DNA from: a virus
Virus record (IMG/VR): IMGVR_UViG_3300031997_000007
Location: 7,958-71,957 of that record
Length of the DNA: 64,000 nt
Direction: 5' to 3' (one strand)
In this document: positions 49,496-60,428 of the stretch, piece after piece
Layout: every line of letters begins with the position of its first letter
How positions within the stretch are numbered: the stretch's first letter is position 1
Notes under the pieces: model-generated
What the model was told of the DNA's origin: nothing
The model's database searches: none
The model's input: only the letters and a program-made list of their open reading frames with translations
Translations under genes and position numbers: made by a program

Positions 49496-51946
49496 TCAAG
49501 CGTCTTTTTGCTGATTATATATCTGCTCAGCCGATGCTACTCTTTTATTATACTGCATTGGACCTGGATTCTTTATAACTCCACCACTAGCTCCCTTCGG
49601 TTTTTCGTATGAAGCTGTTACTACATATGTAGCAGATGATACATCTGTGGTTTTCATTAATAATTTATAAGCGGATGCGTGTGTACCTGTAGGACTTAGT
49701 TCGTGTCGTATAAAATCTAATTGTACATCCATATCTGACTCAGGTTTACCTTGACTTGCTGCAAAATTTTGTAAATCAGTCCTTCTTGATCCTTCCCATT
49801 GACAAAGACCGTATGCAGGACCTCCTTTTTGATGTACAGCCGGGTCAAAAGTAGGATTTTCAACTGCTATATTACCGACAATAGCCGATGCATGTACCGA
49901 TGAAAAATGTCTTTTTAATAACCCATTATATACATATTGACGTCTTGCATTCGTGTCTTTTGTTGATAAATTAGACGGTAATGTGTTAGTCGGTGTCACA
50001 TTACTATCATTACTCGTGTTACCTGATGAACTTGCACTGATTAGATCCACTGAACCACTTCTAGGCGGTAAATACAAATTTAACTTCAAACGTTGTATAA
50101 ATTTATTTTTTTCAAATACATGGTCAACAATCATTATTGTATAACAATTATTATTCCAAAACGAGGTACTGAATTTATTTTCATAATCAGGTGATTCTCC
50201 ACCATATACACCACCTTGCGCATAAGTCGGTTTTGGTATACGAACGTTTATTTTTACTAAAGGCATAGTTAACGGAGACCCTCCCAATGTTCCTAATTTT
50301 TTTCGATCTTCAAGATTCTGCTTTGCCGTTTGTGCTGATACTCCTACTCCTTGATTATCAAGAAATACTGGACCTGGTAGCATTATTGTATTTAAAATTA
50401 AAGGATTGCCAACTATTTCTATTACCGCCGATATATTTGTATTTGAGACAAAATTAGATAACGCTTGTCTTCCTTTATAAAATAAAGCTGCATTAGCTGC
50501 ACCTCTACCAACATTACTTTGATCTACAGTAGTCATAGGCACTGAAGAACGTTCACTTACCTTATCGGGTTGTGTAGCACCGTTATACCTTGTTATAGTT
50601 AATTCATTGTCATTATGCCCCGCTTTTACAACTTTATTAGCTATTTCAGGAATTTGTTGATCACTGGCTAATTTTGTTTGTCCGACACTCGTACCTGTTG
50701 TAGAAGTTTGAAATAATGTAAATGGAGATCCATCACCAAACATTGGTATAGTCATTATATATTGAAGAATATCAACGTTTTTACCAGTATAAATATAATC
50801 GTATTCGATATATGATACATTAAGTTTTGCAGCATCAATTAATGGGTTTGTATCAATACTTGCGTTATTAGTATTAGGTGCTGATATACCCATTACATTT
50901 ACAGTGTGTCTAATAATATAATAATAATAGGTTAATTCATTATCAACTACCGCAGACGTACTATGAATTTTATGCACATATGTTGGTGCTAATTCACCTG
51001 GACCTGGTTCAGGATTTGGAGTTAACTCCGCGACAACAGCATTACTTAATAACATAATGTTAGTAATGGTGTCTGTTATTGTATCACTTTTAGCTGTTAT
51101 AAATTGAACATTCGCTGCAGTTTTTACACCTAAATAGTTATTTAATTGATCAGGTGTCATATTATTAATTGTATATTTTGGATCCTTATACACTGGATCT
51201 AAAAATACTTTATATTTAATTGAAGGATTATTTGATTTAATGTTAAGCTCTTTATTATTTGTTCTTTCTGCAAGTTTAGCGTTTAATTTATCAATAGTGG
51301 CTGAAACACTACCTGCTGTTTGCATTGTAATACCACCAATATTGTTAAATGTTGTATCGTGACCGGCACCCGCAATAGGTAAACATGTAATTATATACTC
51401 AGAACCTGCGTGTGTTAATGATAAAGTAATTAATGCTATACTAAACTCAATAGGTGCTACGAGTGAAATGACATCTACACTATCATCATCTTTATATCCA
51501 ACAAAAAATATTTTAAGTAAATAATGCATTTCTTGCCAATTATCTATACCTAAATTATTTTTAGCTGTAAGTTGTGCTGAAATAAAATCAACAGTAAATG
51601 GTTCAATAAGTTTTATACTCATACTGATAGTAGTTGCATGAATATTAAACCCTTTTGCAACTTGTTTACCTTGTTGTTGCATTACTGAAGATATATCAAG
51701 TTTATCAATATAAAACTCAGCATCTGTTGTTGAATTAAATATTACTACATAATCATTATTTTTTCCTTGAGCTTTATACTTATTTTCTCGACCACCAGGC
51801 GGGTGTAAGTATAAATTCATCCCCGATTTTGTATTTGCATCAGTTTCAAAAAATTGAAATGCAGCTGTTGTACCTTTTAATGCAACTAATGCATAATGGG
51901 GTACATAACTTCTATATGCGTGTAACGGATTATATTCTGCTGCCAT
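49496..51946 (-). CDS. Baseplate hub protein with C-terminal phage tail lysozyme domain
   Basis: YDYIYTGKNVDIL, IEIVGNP and VDHVFE hub motifs; AIVGNIAVE...GLCQW...QLDF...YEKP lysozyme motifs. Confidence 0.8.
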   Translation of the reverse strand: MAAEYNPLHAYRSYVPHYALVALKGTTAAFQFFETDANTKSGMNLYLHPPGGRENKYKAQGKNNDYVVIFNSTTDAEFYIDKLDISSVMQQQGKQVAKGFNIHATTISMSIKLIEPFTVDFISAQLTAKNNLGIDNWQEMHYLLKIFFVGYKDDDSVDVISLVAPIEFSIALITLSLTHAGSEYIITCLPIAGAGHDTTFNNIGGITMQTAGSVSATIDKLNAKLAERTNNKELNIKSNNPSIKYKVFLDPVYKDPKYTINNMTPDQLNNYLGVKTAANVQFITAKSDTITDTITNIMLLSNAVVAELTPNPEPGPGELAPTYVHKIHSTSAVVDNELTYYYYIIRHTVNVMGISAPNTNNASIDTNPLIDAAKLNVSYIEYDYIYTGKNVDILQYIMTIPMFGDGSPFTLFQTSTTGTSVGQTKLASDQQIPEIANKVVKAGHNDNELTITRYNGATQPDKVSERSSVPMTTVDQSNVGRGAANAALFYKGRQALSNFVSNTNISAVIEIVGNPLILNTIMLPGPVFLDNQGVGVSAQTAKQNLEDRKKLGTLGGSPLTMPLVKINVRIPKPTYAQGGVYGGESPDYENKFSTSFWNNNCYTIMIVDHVFEKNKFIQRLKLNLYLPPRSGSVDLISASSSGNTSNDSNVTPTNTLPSNLSTKDTNARRQYVYNGLLKRHFSSVHASAIVGNIAVENPTFDPAVHQKGGPAYGLCQWEGSRRTDLQNFAASQGKPESDMDVQLDFIRHELSPTGTHASAYKLLMKTTDVSSATYVVTASYEKPKGASGGVIKNPGPMQYNKRVASAEQIYNQQKDA

Positions 51947-51947
51947 A

Positions 51948-52262
51948 TTATAGTAAATTCATTTGTAGTCTACGAGGTAAAGGTAACATAATAGTAATAC
52001 CTTCAATAAATTCTGTTGTGACGTCAATTATATTGTTATATTGTAATACAAACCACATCAAATCAGCTTTTCCGTATATATCATGTGCAACAAGATATGG
52101 TTTTTGATGATATTTAGGTCCAAGAATTAACTGTACATCATCAACACTTGTTGAAAAAATTGTACGATTCCACCACCCAACACTATCACGTAATATAACA
52201 GTTTGACCACCTACTAAATACCTTGATCTTGCACCAAGTTGTGTTGTTGCTTTTGTTGTCAT
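51948..52262 (-). CDS. Baseplate wedge protein (gp53/LysM-like)
   Basis: PYLVAHDIYGKADLMWFVLQYNNI..F..G..I.LP. Confidence 0.8.
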   Translation of the reverse strand: MTTKATTQLGARSRYLVGGQTVILRDSVGWWNRTIFSTSVDDVQLILGPKYHQKPYLVAHDIYGKADLMWFVLQYNNIIDVTTEFIEGITIMLPLPRRLQMNLL

Positions 52263-52271
52263 TGTAGTTCC

Positions 52272-52913
52272 TTAAAATGCAGTTAACACACCGTTTCGGT
52301 ATGCTATTAAATTAAATTTCTCAAATTCATTAGCTGAATGCTGCTCAGCTAATGAACAAGTAATTGATGTTATCGTCGGGAATGGTACACCTCCTAATTT
52401 ATCAGTAGAGCCTCTACTAGCTGTTGGAATATAGTCAACATCGTTAGGGTAGTTTATACTTAATGATTCAATAACAACTGGAACTCTATATATCTGACCT
52501 CTACTATCAGTAGTTGCATATGCAGAGAAATATAAAGTTTCAGGAGGTGCTCCTAACCAATCTTTTAGTTCATCTTGTGCGTTAGATTCATTTAATACAT
52601 TTGACGGTGTTTCTGTTGAACCAAAATATGGCATTGTCCAACCACGTAAATATGTAACACGCTGTAAGTTAAGTCTCGCCTCAACTTGATTTCTCGATAC
52701 CAATGTTATAGGTGATAAATCAAATTTACGACCTGGAGAATTTTCATACACATAATAAGTTCCAGGCATATGTACAGGGTTTAACGTTGAATAAGACACA
52801 CTTTTATTTTCAGTTAACGCAGGAGAAGTATTAAATACTACTAACCTACCGTTTCGTGGTGATTCAAGTCTAATTTTAAATTGATTTTCGTCTTTATCTA
52901 CTGTTGTCGCCAT
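52272..52913 (-). CDS. Tail tube initiator / baseplate protein (gp48/gp54-like)
   Basis: LRGWTMPYFG, GAPP, VPVVIESLSINYPNDVDYI; TATAAATA at 52942-52949. Confidence 0.7.
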   Translation of the reverse strand: MATTVDKDENQFKIRLESPRNGRLVVFNTSPALTENKSVSYSTLNPVHMPGTYYVYENSPGRKFDLSPITLVSRNQVEARLNLQRVTYLRGWTMPYFGSTETPSNVLNESNAQDELKDWLGAPPETLYFSAYATTDSRGQIYRVPVVIESLSINYPNDVDYIPTASRGSTDKLGGVPFPTITSITCSLAEQHSANEFEKFNLIAYRNGVLTAF

Positions 52914-52959
52914 GTGTGCACTCTCTATATACCATATTATATATTTATACTAAAAATAG

Positions 52960-52988
52960 TTGCAATAAAACGACACTTATATTACACT
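52960..52988 (+). promoter_or_regulatory. Sigma70-type promoter TTGCAA-N17-TACACT
   Basis: 17-nt spacing upstream of gp55. Confidence 0.55.
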
Positions 52989-53020
52989 ACACTAATAACA
53001 TAATAAAAGGAGCTTAGCTA

Positions 53021-53560
53021 ATGTTAAAACCTGTTAAAAAAAGGAATTATCTAAATAATCATGATATGCTGATAGAAATTATTATCAGCAAATCAAAAAA
53101 TCAAATGACTGATAATCTAGTAAATATGCTGATTACACTATGCGATCGATATTCAAAGAAAAGTAATTTTGCTAATTATAGCTATATTGAAGATATGAAA
53201 GCTTACGCACTATTAAACCTCTGTAAAATATGGGCGTCGTTTAATACTGACAAATCTCAAAATCCGTTTTCTTACTATACACAATGCATAAAAAGTAGTT
53301 TTGTACAATTTTTAAATCAAGAAAAAAAACAACGACATGTACGCGATCTATTATTAATAGATCAAGGGCTTGATCCCTCTCATACGTTTCTATCAGAATA
53401 TACTGATGAATATCACGGACAACAAATATATAATGATATTGTTGATCTTGATGAACAAGCTGCTCAATTAGAACATATTACACAAATTGAAAGGTTAGAA
53501 TTATTAGAACGATCTGCCCATTTTGTAGATTTCGAATGCATTATCGATGCAGAACTATAA
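53021..53560 (+). CDS. gp55: Late transcription sigma factor (gp55-like)
   Basis: NYLNN, NFANYSYIEDM and KSQNPFSYYTQ...EKKQ. Confidence 0.9.
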   Translation: MLKPVKKRNYLNNHDMLIEIIISKSKNQMTDNLVNMLITLCDRYSKKSNFANYSYIEDMKAYALLNLCKIWASFNTDKSQNPFSYYTQCIKSSFVQFLNQEKKQRHVRDLLLIDQGLDPSHTFLSEYTDEYHGQQIYNDIVDLDEQAAQLEHITQIERLELLERSAHFVDFECIIDAEL

Positions 53561-53576
53561 CGTTTAAATTTAATTC

Positions 53577-54647
53577 ATGAAAAAATTACTTAAAGGGTTA
53601 TTATTTACTGATATTCATTGGGGTAAAAAACAAAATTCAGATAACCATAATCACAATTGCCTTGATTTTATTCATTTTATAATATATCATATAAAACAAG
53701 ATGTTACAATAGACCATATTATATTCCTTGGTGACTGGTTTGATAATCGTAATACTGTTAACGTGTCGACTCTAAATTATGCACACCTAGGTGCGAAATT
53801 ATTAAATGATTTAAATCTACCTGTATTTTTTATTATTGGTAATCATGATCTTTATACACGTGTACATCGTAAAGTGTATTCTACTATAATGTATCATAAT
53901 TTAACAAACTTTCATGTTATTAATGAACCGACTATAATAAATTATATTGGAGATGGAGCACTATTATGTCCGTTTTTATTTCATTCAGAATATAATATTC
54001 TTAATAATTATAAACATCTTCCAAATTATTATGGGCATTTTGAATTTGAAGGTTTTGTTATAACTGGATATAATATTACTATGCAAAATGGACCTGATCA
54101 TACTTTATTCTCTGAACCGAAACATATATTTTCTGGTCATTTTCATAAAAGACAAGCACATGATAATGTAATTTATATTGGAAATACCTTTCCCATGGAT
54201 TATAGCGATGCTAATGATAATAATAGAGGGTTTGCAATTCATGATCATAATACTGATGATATAACATTTACCGATTGGCCAGCTTGTCCAAAATATATCA
54301 ATACAAAACTGTCTGCTATTTTAGATGGTTCTATTGTTTTAACCCAAGGAGCTAATGTAAAATGCTATGCTGATATTGAAATTACATATGAAGAATCAAT
54401 AAAATTACGTAAGTTATACAGTAAAAAACATAAATTACAAGAGTTTACTATTGAAGAACATAAAAATAATGATTATAGTGATATTGGTACAATTGCAACT
54501 GAATCGTTATTAGACGATGGTAAACCGTATAATATTGATGATACAATTGTTATGATGTTACGTGAAATTGATACACCACAAATTGATAATAAATTATTAA
54601 TTGAAATATATCAAAGTGCAGAGGTGATAAATGCTTCAATTTCTTGA
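53577..54647 (+). CDS. gp47: Recombination nuclease (gp47/Mre11/SbcD)
   Basis: TDIHWG, LGDWFD, GNHD and SGHFH. Confidence 0.92.
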   Translation: MKKLLKGLLFTDIHWGKKQNSDNHNHNCLDFIHFIIYHIKQDVTIDHIIFLGDWFDNRNTVNVSTLNYAHLGAKLLNDLNLPVFFIIGNHDLYTRVHRKVYSTIMYHNLTNFHVINEPTIINYIGDGALLCPFLFHSEYNILNNYKHLPNYYGHFEFEGFVITGYNITMQNGPDHTLFSEPKHIFSGHFHKRQAHDNVIYIGNTFPMDYSDANDNNRGFAIHDHNTDDITFTDWPACPKYINTKLSAILDGSIVLTQGANVKCYADIEITYEESIKLRKLYSKKHKLQEFTIEEHKNNDYSDIGTIATESLLDDGKPYNIDDTIVMMLREIDTPQIDNKLLIEIYQSAEVINASIS

Positions 54648-56385
54648 TTTAAATATCCGCAACTTCTTATCGTACGGTAATACTAATACTGTTATTAAGT
54701 TAAATAAAAATGGTGTTGTATTAATTGCTGGTGTTAACGGTGTAGGTAAAAGTGCGATAATACAAGCATTATTGTATGTGTTATATGATAAAACATTATC
54801 TAATTGTAAAGTTGATGAACTCATCAATAATGTTAATAAAAAGCACATGGAAGTATCAGTTACATTTTACATACCCAATATTGGATATTATAAAATATTA
54901 CGTGCTCGAAAAATGAAACCAGGAGGTTCTGGGAATTATGTAAAGTTATACTTTAATAAAGATGAAACTATATTTAACGAAACACATAATGAAACATTAG
55001 ATGGAAATTACAATACGGATAAAAAAATACTATCTGTTATTAATATACCGTTTGAAATGTTTGTTCGTATAGTTGTAATATCAGCCACCAATACATCATT
55101 TTTAGATCTACCTGCAAATCATGCTGTTAGTCCATCACAGACAAGTTTTATTGAAAGATTATTTAATATGACTATATTAGCTGATAAAGCTAGTGTAATT
55201 AAGGACCTAGTTAAATCAACTGAAGATTCACTTAAAATTCAATTAATTCAGATTCAATCAATTGAACGTGAACAACTAAGGTTGGTAGAACAAATACAAA
55301 ATATTAAACAGAAAGCTGATACGTTTGATGATAATAATCAAATAAAAATAACTGAACTTGAATCTAAATTAGCTAAAATCAATAATTTAAATCTTGATAA
55401 TGAACGGGAATTGTATAATAAATCTAATGAATTAGAAGTAATTAAAAAAAAATTAATAAAACAACAAGCAACATTATCATCGTCGGTTCAAAAATATGAA
55501 AAATTACAAATAGAAAAAACTCATGAAATTAACCATCTAAACTCGAATACATGCCCGTATTGTCTACAAACATATACAAATAAAGAAAAAATTACTGAGT
55601 GTGAGATTCAAATAAAAGATTGTATTTATAATATAGCAGAATTACTTGAGTTCATTGATGCAATCGCTATTGATATTGAAACAAATATTGTAGAACACAA
55701 TAATATAATTAATCAAATAACCGTTCATAATTTGGAAGAATTAATTGATATAAAAAATGAAAGTCAATATACAACTCAACGTGTAGAAGAATTAAAAATA
55801 GCACCTAATGTGTATTATGAACAGTATATAGAATTAAAAAAAACATGTATTGAGGATATTGATTATACAGAAGTTAATAGGTTACGTAGATTATCTGAGC
55901 ACCAACAGTTTTTATTAAAATTATTAGTTAAAAAAGATAGTTTTATTCGTAAAAAATTATTAACTGTTAATTTACAATATTTAAACGCGAGATTGCAACA
56001 TTATTTAGTGGATTTAGAGTTACCATTTAAAGTGGAATTTACACATCAAATGATTGTTGAAATTACTCATTTAGGTAGATATATTAGTAGTAACAATTTA
56101 TCAAATGGACAACGCAGCAGAGTTAATATTGCAATGACTATGGCATTTAGAGATGTAAGACAAAAATTACATATTCCAGTTAATATTTGCTTATTTGATG
56201 AAGCTTTAGATATCGGGTTAGATGGAGCTGGTATGACTGCAGCAATAAGTATGTTGAAACGTAAAGCGAGAGATGAAAATACAACTCTATATATTATTAC
56301 ACATAGAGAAGAAACAATGACTTTATTCGATCAAGTGATGGATGTTAGTATGGCGGATGGATATAGTGTAATAATGGAAAAATAA
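54631..56385 (+). CDS. gp46: Recombination ATPase (gp46/Rad50/SbcC)
   Basis: GVNGVGKS, CPYC hook, LSNGQ and LFDE. Confidence 0.93.
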   Translation: MLQFLDLNIRNFLSYGNTNTVIKLNKNGVVLIAGVNGVGKSAIIQALLYVLYDKTLSNCKVDELINNVNKKHMEVSVTFYIPNIGYYKILRARKMKPGGSGNYVKLYFNKDETIFNETHNETLDGNYNTDKKILSVINIPFEMFVRIVVISATNTSFLDLPANHAVSPSQTSFIERLFNMTILADKASVIKDLVKSTEDSLKIQLIQIQSIEREQLRLVEQIQNIKQKADTFDDNNQIKITELESKLAKINNLNLDNERELYNKSNELEVIKKKLIKQQATLSSSVQKYEKLQIEKTHEINHLNSNTCPYCLQTYTNKEKITECEIQIKDCIYNIAELLEFIDAIAIDIETNIVEHNNIINQITVHNLEELIDIKNESQYTTQRVEELKIAPNVYYEQYIELKKTCIEDIDYTEVNRLRRLSEHQQFLLKLLVKKDSFIRKKLLTVNLQYLNARLQHYLVDLELPFKVEFTHQMIVEITHLGRYISSNNLSNGQRSRVNIAMTMAFRDVRQKLHIPVNICLFDEALDIGLDGAGMTAAISMLKRKARDENTTLYIITHREETMTLFDQVMDVSMADGYSVIMEK

Positions 56386-56451
56386 AATATCACCTATCAG
56401 TGTATCAACCCCATAATGTAAATCATAAATATACCCATATAGGAGTTGCAT

Positions 56452-56985
56452 ATGGGTATATACATCGGATTAGATCAAAGCTATACATCTACAGGATATT
56501 GTGTATTAAATAATAAATTATATTTACCAACTCCAATGATAGATTTTGGAATTTGTAAAACATCTGCTATAGATGGAGATATATATGACCGGGCTATCAA
56601 AATCACAAATAAAATTATAGATTTATGTAGTCAATATCCTACCGCTACAATAGCGATTGAAGGATTATCGTTTGGGCAGCGAGGGAGTGCTACTCGAGAT
56701 CTCGCAGGATTACAGTATGTGATTATAACTTCATTAAGAACTCAATTAAGTATAAATAATACTATAGTAGTGGCACCAACATCAGTTAAAAAATTTGCAA
56801 CTGGAAGCGGTGGAAGTGCTAAAAGTAAAATAACTAAGATCGATATGGTAAATGCACTTCCTGCGTTTATTAGAGATAGTTTTATAGCAAAAGGATTTAA
56901 AAAATCTACTGGCTTATTTGACCTAACTGATGCATATTGGATCTCTAAATTTATATATAAACCATTAGAAGAAATAACCGAGTAA
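56452..56985 (+). CDS. ruvC: RuvC-like Holliday junction resolvase
   Basis: IGLDQSYTSTG, IAIEG, PTSVKKFATG and DLTDAY. Confidence 0.88.
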   Translation: MGIYIGLDQSYTSTGYCVLNNKLYLPTPMIDFGICKTSAIDGDIYDRAIKITNKIIDLCSQYPTATIAIEGLSFGQRGSATRDLAGLQYVIITSLRTQLSINNTIVVAPTSVKKFATGSGGSAKSKITKIDMVNALPAFIRDSFIAKGFKKSTGLFDLTDAYWISKFIYKPLEEITE

Positions 56986-56990
56986 AATAT

Positions 56991-57335
56991 ATGAAATTAA
57001 ATCAAGTATTACATGAAGAAAGTGAGATTACATTTGATATGTCGACAATCAGTCATGATCGACCTAGCGTTGTTTTTAATCCAACAAATAATCAACCTGC
57101 AATATCAACCCAACAAAGCGCAGATAATCCACCGGATAAAATTACATTAGACGTACCGCTTTTTATTAGATTATTAGAATGGGCAAAAGAAGACGCTGGT
57201 AGTGATATGCAATTGCATAAAATAGCTGAAAAAATTATTACAATGTCAAGAATTGAGCAAACATTATCTATGCAAAATTATGATGAAATTATATCATGTT
57301 GTAAAAAAACCCGTAAATTAAACGATAAAAGTTGA
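56991..57335 (+). CDS. Hypothetical phage protein
   Basis: ITLDVPLFIRLLEWAKEDA motif; MKLNQVLHEE N-terminus. Confidence 0.7.
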   Translation: MKLNQVLHEESEITFDMSTISHDRPSVVFNPTNNQPAISTQQSADNPPDKITLDVPLFIRLLEWAKEDAGSDMQLHKIAEKIITMSRIEQTLSMQNYDEIISCCKKTRKLNDKS

Positions 57336-57360
57336 TTTTTATTGCTTTTTATGATATAAT
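57332..57360 (+). promoter_or_regulatory. Sigma70-type promoter TTGATT-N17-TATAAT with extended -10 TG
   Basis: Near-consensus hexamers. Confidence 0.7.
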
Positions 57361-57389
57361 ATCATATCATAATAAAGAGATTAATTAAC

Positions 57390-57614
57390 ATGAAACGTGA
57401 AACGAAGATAATGTTGTCATCAGCGGTTGCAGCTGATGTCGCAATTAGTGCAGTTCATGGTCAACGACCAATGACGTTTTCTATTATTATATGGTTGTTT
57501 TATACCGTAATTGCTATAGTTAGTATACATATGGTATTTAATGCTATTAAATATATTTTTAATACCATATGTAATTTAATTTTACGAGGTGTAAAAGTAC
57601 TCTGTGCAATATAA
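57390..57614 (+). CDS. Small membrane protein
   Basis: One TM segment. Confidence 0.55.
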   Translation: MKRETKIMLSSAVAADVAISAVHGQRPMTFSIIIWLFYTVIAIVSIHMVFNAIKYIFNTICNLILRGVKVLCAI

Positions 57615-57786
57615 ATTACACCAATTTGGATCCGGTGAAACAATTACAGCCATAATTCGTAAATTAAATTATATGAATATGGACTCAGACACACTTAACT
57701 CACTTATTATTGAATATAATAAACTAAATAATAATAAAATTCCTTATTTAGGAACGATTGTAAAAATACCGATTCTTATAATTTAA
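57604..57786 (+). CDS. Small hypothetical protein, LysM-like pattern
   Basis: GETITAI...YNKLN...G..VKIP. Confidence 0.5.
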   Translation: MQYKLHQFGSGETITAIIRKLNYMNMDSDTLNSLIIEYNKLNNNKIPYLGTIVKIPILII

Positions 57787-57799
57787 CAAATTAAATACT

Positions 57800-58102
57800 A
57801 TGATAAATACTATATTAATATGGACATTAAAGCTATTATCTGGTGAAGAAATCATCGGAAAATTCGTTAATGAAAACTCTACTACAATAGTATTGGAAGA
57901 AATTAAGGTAATTACACCTGGAACTGATTCTAATGGTGAATTAAGTATTCGAATATCTCCTTGGTTATTAACAAGTATGAAACCAGAGCATTCAATAGAT
58001 AAAAAATTTATTATCTCTGAATGCCCGACAGATAATACAATAGCAGCACAATACATACAAGAAACATCGGGATTAACGGTATATAAATTAAAATGGCAAT
58101 AG
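57800..58102 (+). CDS. Sm-like domain protein
   Basis: LKLLSGEEIIGK...PW...Y...TSG pattern. Confidence 0.65.
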   Translation: MINTILIWTLKLLSGEEIIGKFVNENSTTIVLEEIKVITPGTDSNGELSIRISPWLLTSMKPEHSIDKKFIISECPTDNTIAAQYIQETSGLTVYKLKWQ

Positions 58103-59037
58103 TTACTTATAAATGCGATACATGTCGTAGAAACATTGATGTACCTCAAAATAAAAATGGGTTTGAAGTGTTTCGTAATTGTATTATTACGTTAAATTGC
58201 AAAGGAAAACTGTATTACGCAGCCACTTATCCTGAGTACATACGAGGACATGCAACATCTATTGATAACAATTTAACTGATTGGATGCAACGATTATTGC
58301 TATACAAACATACTCAAGTAGTAGCTGCAACTGTATGGAAAGTTAAACACGGATTAAATAATAGACCGGATATTAACGTATATGTATATGATATTAATAA
58401 TAATTTAATTAAATTTATTCCATCAAGTATTATATATATCGATATTAATACAGTAAAAATTATATTACCTCTTAAGTATACTGGAATAATAGAATGCATT
58501 GCAAAATATAATAATATAGATAATAACATACCTACTACTATCGTTGATAAGTTATTTCAAATATCTAATGAACAACATTTAACATTTGCATTATCACGAC
58601 AATATATTAACCCAGTTCTTAAATTAACTATAAACACAGCAAATACAAATACTGGTCCGATTAATATCTCCGTCCCACTTTTAAATAATAACTCGTTATT
58701 ACCGTGGGGTGATACAAATAATATATACTTTAATGGAAAAAACTTTATTGTATATACTATTAATCTTCCCACGATAATTCCAAATATTATTACTTCTACG
58801 TATACAATAAGTATAACAGCGTTATCTACTAACAATATTACTAATAGTCCAATTATTAATCAAAAAGGATTAGTTTGGATATTATTATCAAATGGTAATA
58901 CATATAACGATAAAATACTTACATCTGTAATAGATGTAACTACATTAACAAATCAAAATAATACAACAACAAAAACCATTACTTCAGTCAATAACGGTAT
59001 TATCATAGATATGTACCCGCCTATTAAAATTATATAA
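58093..59037 (+). CDS. Hypothetical structural protein with N-terminal Cys cluster and WxxxHxL module
   Basis: CDTC...CIIT..CKG; WKVKHGLNNRP. Confidence 0.65.
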   Translation: MAIVTYKCDTCRRNIDVPQNKNGFEVFRNCIITLNCKGKLYYAATYPEYIRGHATSIDNNLTDWMQRLLLYKHTQVVAATVWKVKHGLNNRPDINVYVYDINNNLIKFIPSSIIYIDINTVKIILPLKYTGIIECIAKYNNIDNNIPTTIVDKLFQISNEQHLTFALSRQYINPVLKLTINTANTNTGPINISVPLLNNNSLLPWGDTNNIYFNGKNFIVYTINLPTIIPNIITSTYTISITALSTNNITNSPIINQKGLVWILLSNGNTYNDKILTSVIDVTTLTNQNNTTTKTITSVNNGIIIDMYPPIKII

Positions 59038-59063
59038 ATTATTCCACGTATATAAAGATTAGT

Positions 59064-60428
59064 ATGAATCCAGAAAAACAAAAGTTATTAATTGAATATC
59101 TTTTATCGTCTGTTGATGTTTTTGCAATTACAAATAATATAATAAAAGCTGAATATTTTGAACCTGAATATCGTAACTCAATCATATTTATCAAAAATTA
59201 TTATAATGATCATAGGGATTTACCTGATCTAGATCAAGTTTATGCAGAAGCGGATATTAAATATAAACTACAAACACTTGATAAATCTAAAACAGATTAT
59301 TGTATAATTGAAATTGAACAGTTTTGCAAACATAAAGCTATCGAACATGCAATTTTAAAGTCCCCTGCTTTAATGCTAAAAGGAGATTATGGTGCTATTG
59401 AAACTATTATAAAAAAAGCTGTAACTACCTCAATACATCGCTCTGTAGGGGTTAGCTTTTTTGATGACCCTGAAGGTATGATACAACGGTTACTTGAAAG
59501 TCCTGCAATATCAACAGGTTACCTTATATTAGATGAATATTTAGATGGAGGAGCAAGGCGAAAAGAACTAATATTAGTTTCTGCTAATTCAGGAGAAGGT
59601 AAATCGATATTAATGGCAAATATGGGATTAAACTTTGCAGAACAAGGTTTAGTTGTATTATATCTTAGTTTAGAATTACCAGTTGATATGATTTGGAAAC
59701 GATATGTGAGTATGGTAACTAATGTTACACAAAGGGAAATAATTCAAAGATCGCAAGAAGTTATCACACAAATCAAAGGTGCAAAGGACACTATGGGTGA
59801 TATAATCATTGAACGTTTGTCAGTTGGTACAACTGCTAATGAAATTAGAGCTTTTTTACGTGAGTTTGAATTAAAACGTAAGTGTATTCCAGATGTTATA
59901 ATTTTAGATTATTTAGATTTAATGGGTCCGAATGAACATGTATCTGCTGATAACTTATCTGAAAAAGATAAAAGATGTACTGAACAATTTAGTCAAATAG
60001 CGTATGATTATAATGCTATTGGATTAACGGCAAGTCAACAAACTAAAAGTACTGATGATAGTGCGGATAGAAATCATTCAAATATTGCTGGTGGTAAAAC
60101 TAAAATTAATACAACTGATGTCTATATTACTATATTTTTTAGTAATATAATGAAAGCAACAGGTGAAATGATGCTCAAATTATTAAAAACTAGATCTTCG
60201 GATGGTGTTGGAAAATTTGTACATCTTAAATGGATGGGTAGTGCTTTAAGAGTATTAGATTCTACTAAAAGACATTCAAATGAATTAGAAACTGCAAAGT
60301 CTGTAAATCCTATTGAACAAGCAACTACAAACCACCGTAAAACTAATACTGAACGAAAGTTAACTGATGGTGCAAGACGTTCACAATTATTATCTATGTT
60401 TTCAGGGTTGGATGATAATAATGATTAA
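59064..60428 (+). CDS. gp41: DnaB-like replicative helicase (gp41)
   Basis: ISTGY..LD, SGEGKS, YLSLEL, ILDYLDLM, TASQ and LKTR. Confidence 0.95.
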   Translation: MNPEKQKLLIEYLLSSVDVFAITNNIIKAEYFEPEYRNSIIFIKNYYNDHRDLPDLDQVYAEADIKYKLQTLDKSKTDYCIIEIEQFCKHKAIEHAILKSPALMLKGDYGAIETIIKKAVTTSIHRSVGVSFFDDPEGMIQRLLESPAISTGYLILDEYLDGGARRKELILVSANSGEGKSILMANMGLNFAEQGLVVLYLSLELPVDMIWKRYVSMVTNVTQREIIQRSQEVITQIKGAKDTMGDIIIERLSVGTTANEIRAFLREFELKRKCIPDVIILDYLDLMGPNEHVSADNLSEKDKRCTEQFSQIAYDYNAIGLTASQQTKSTDDSADRNHSNIAGGKTKINTTDVYITIFFSNIMKATGEMMLKLLKTRSSDGVGKFVHLKWMGSALRVLDSTKRHSNELETAKSVNPIEQATTNHRKTNTERKLTDGARRSQLLSMFSGLDDNND

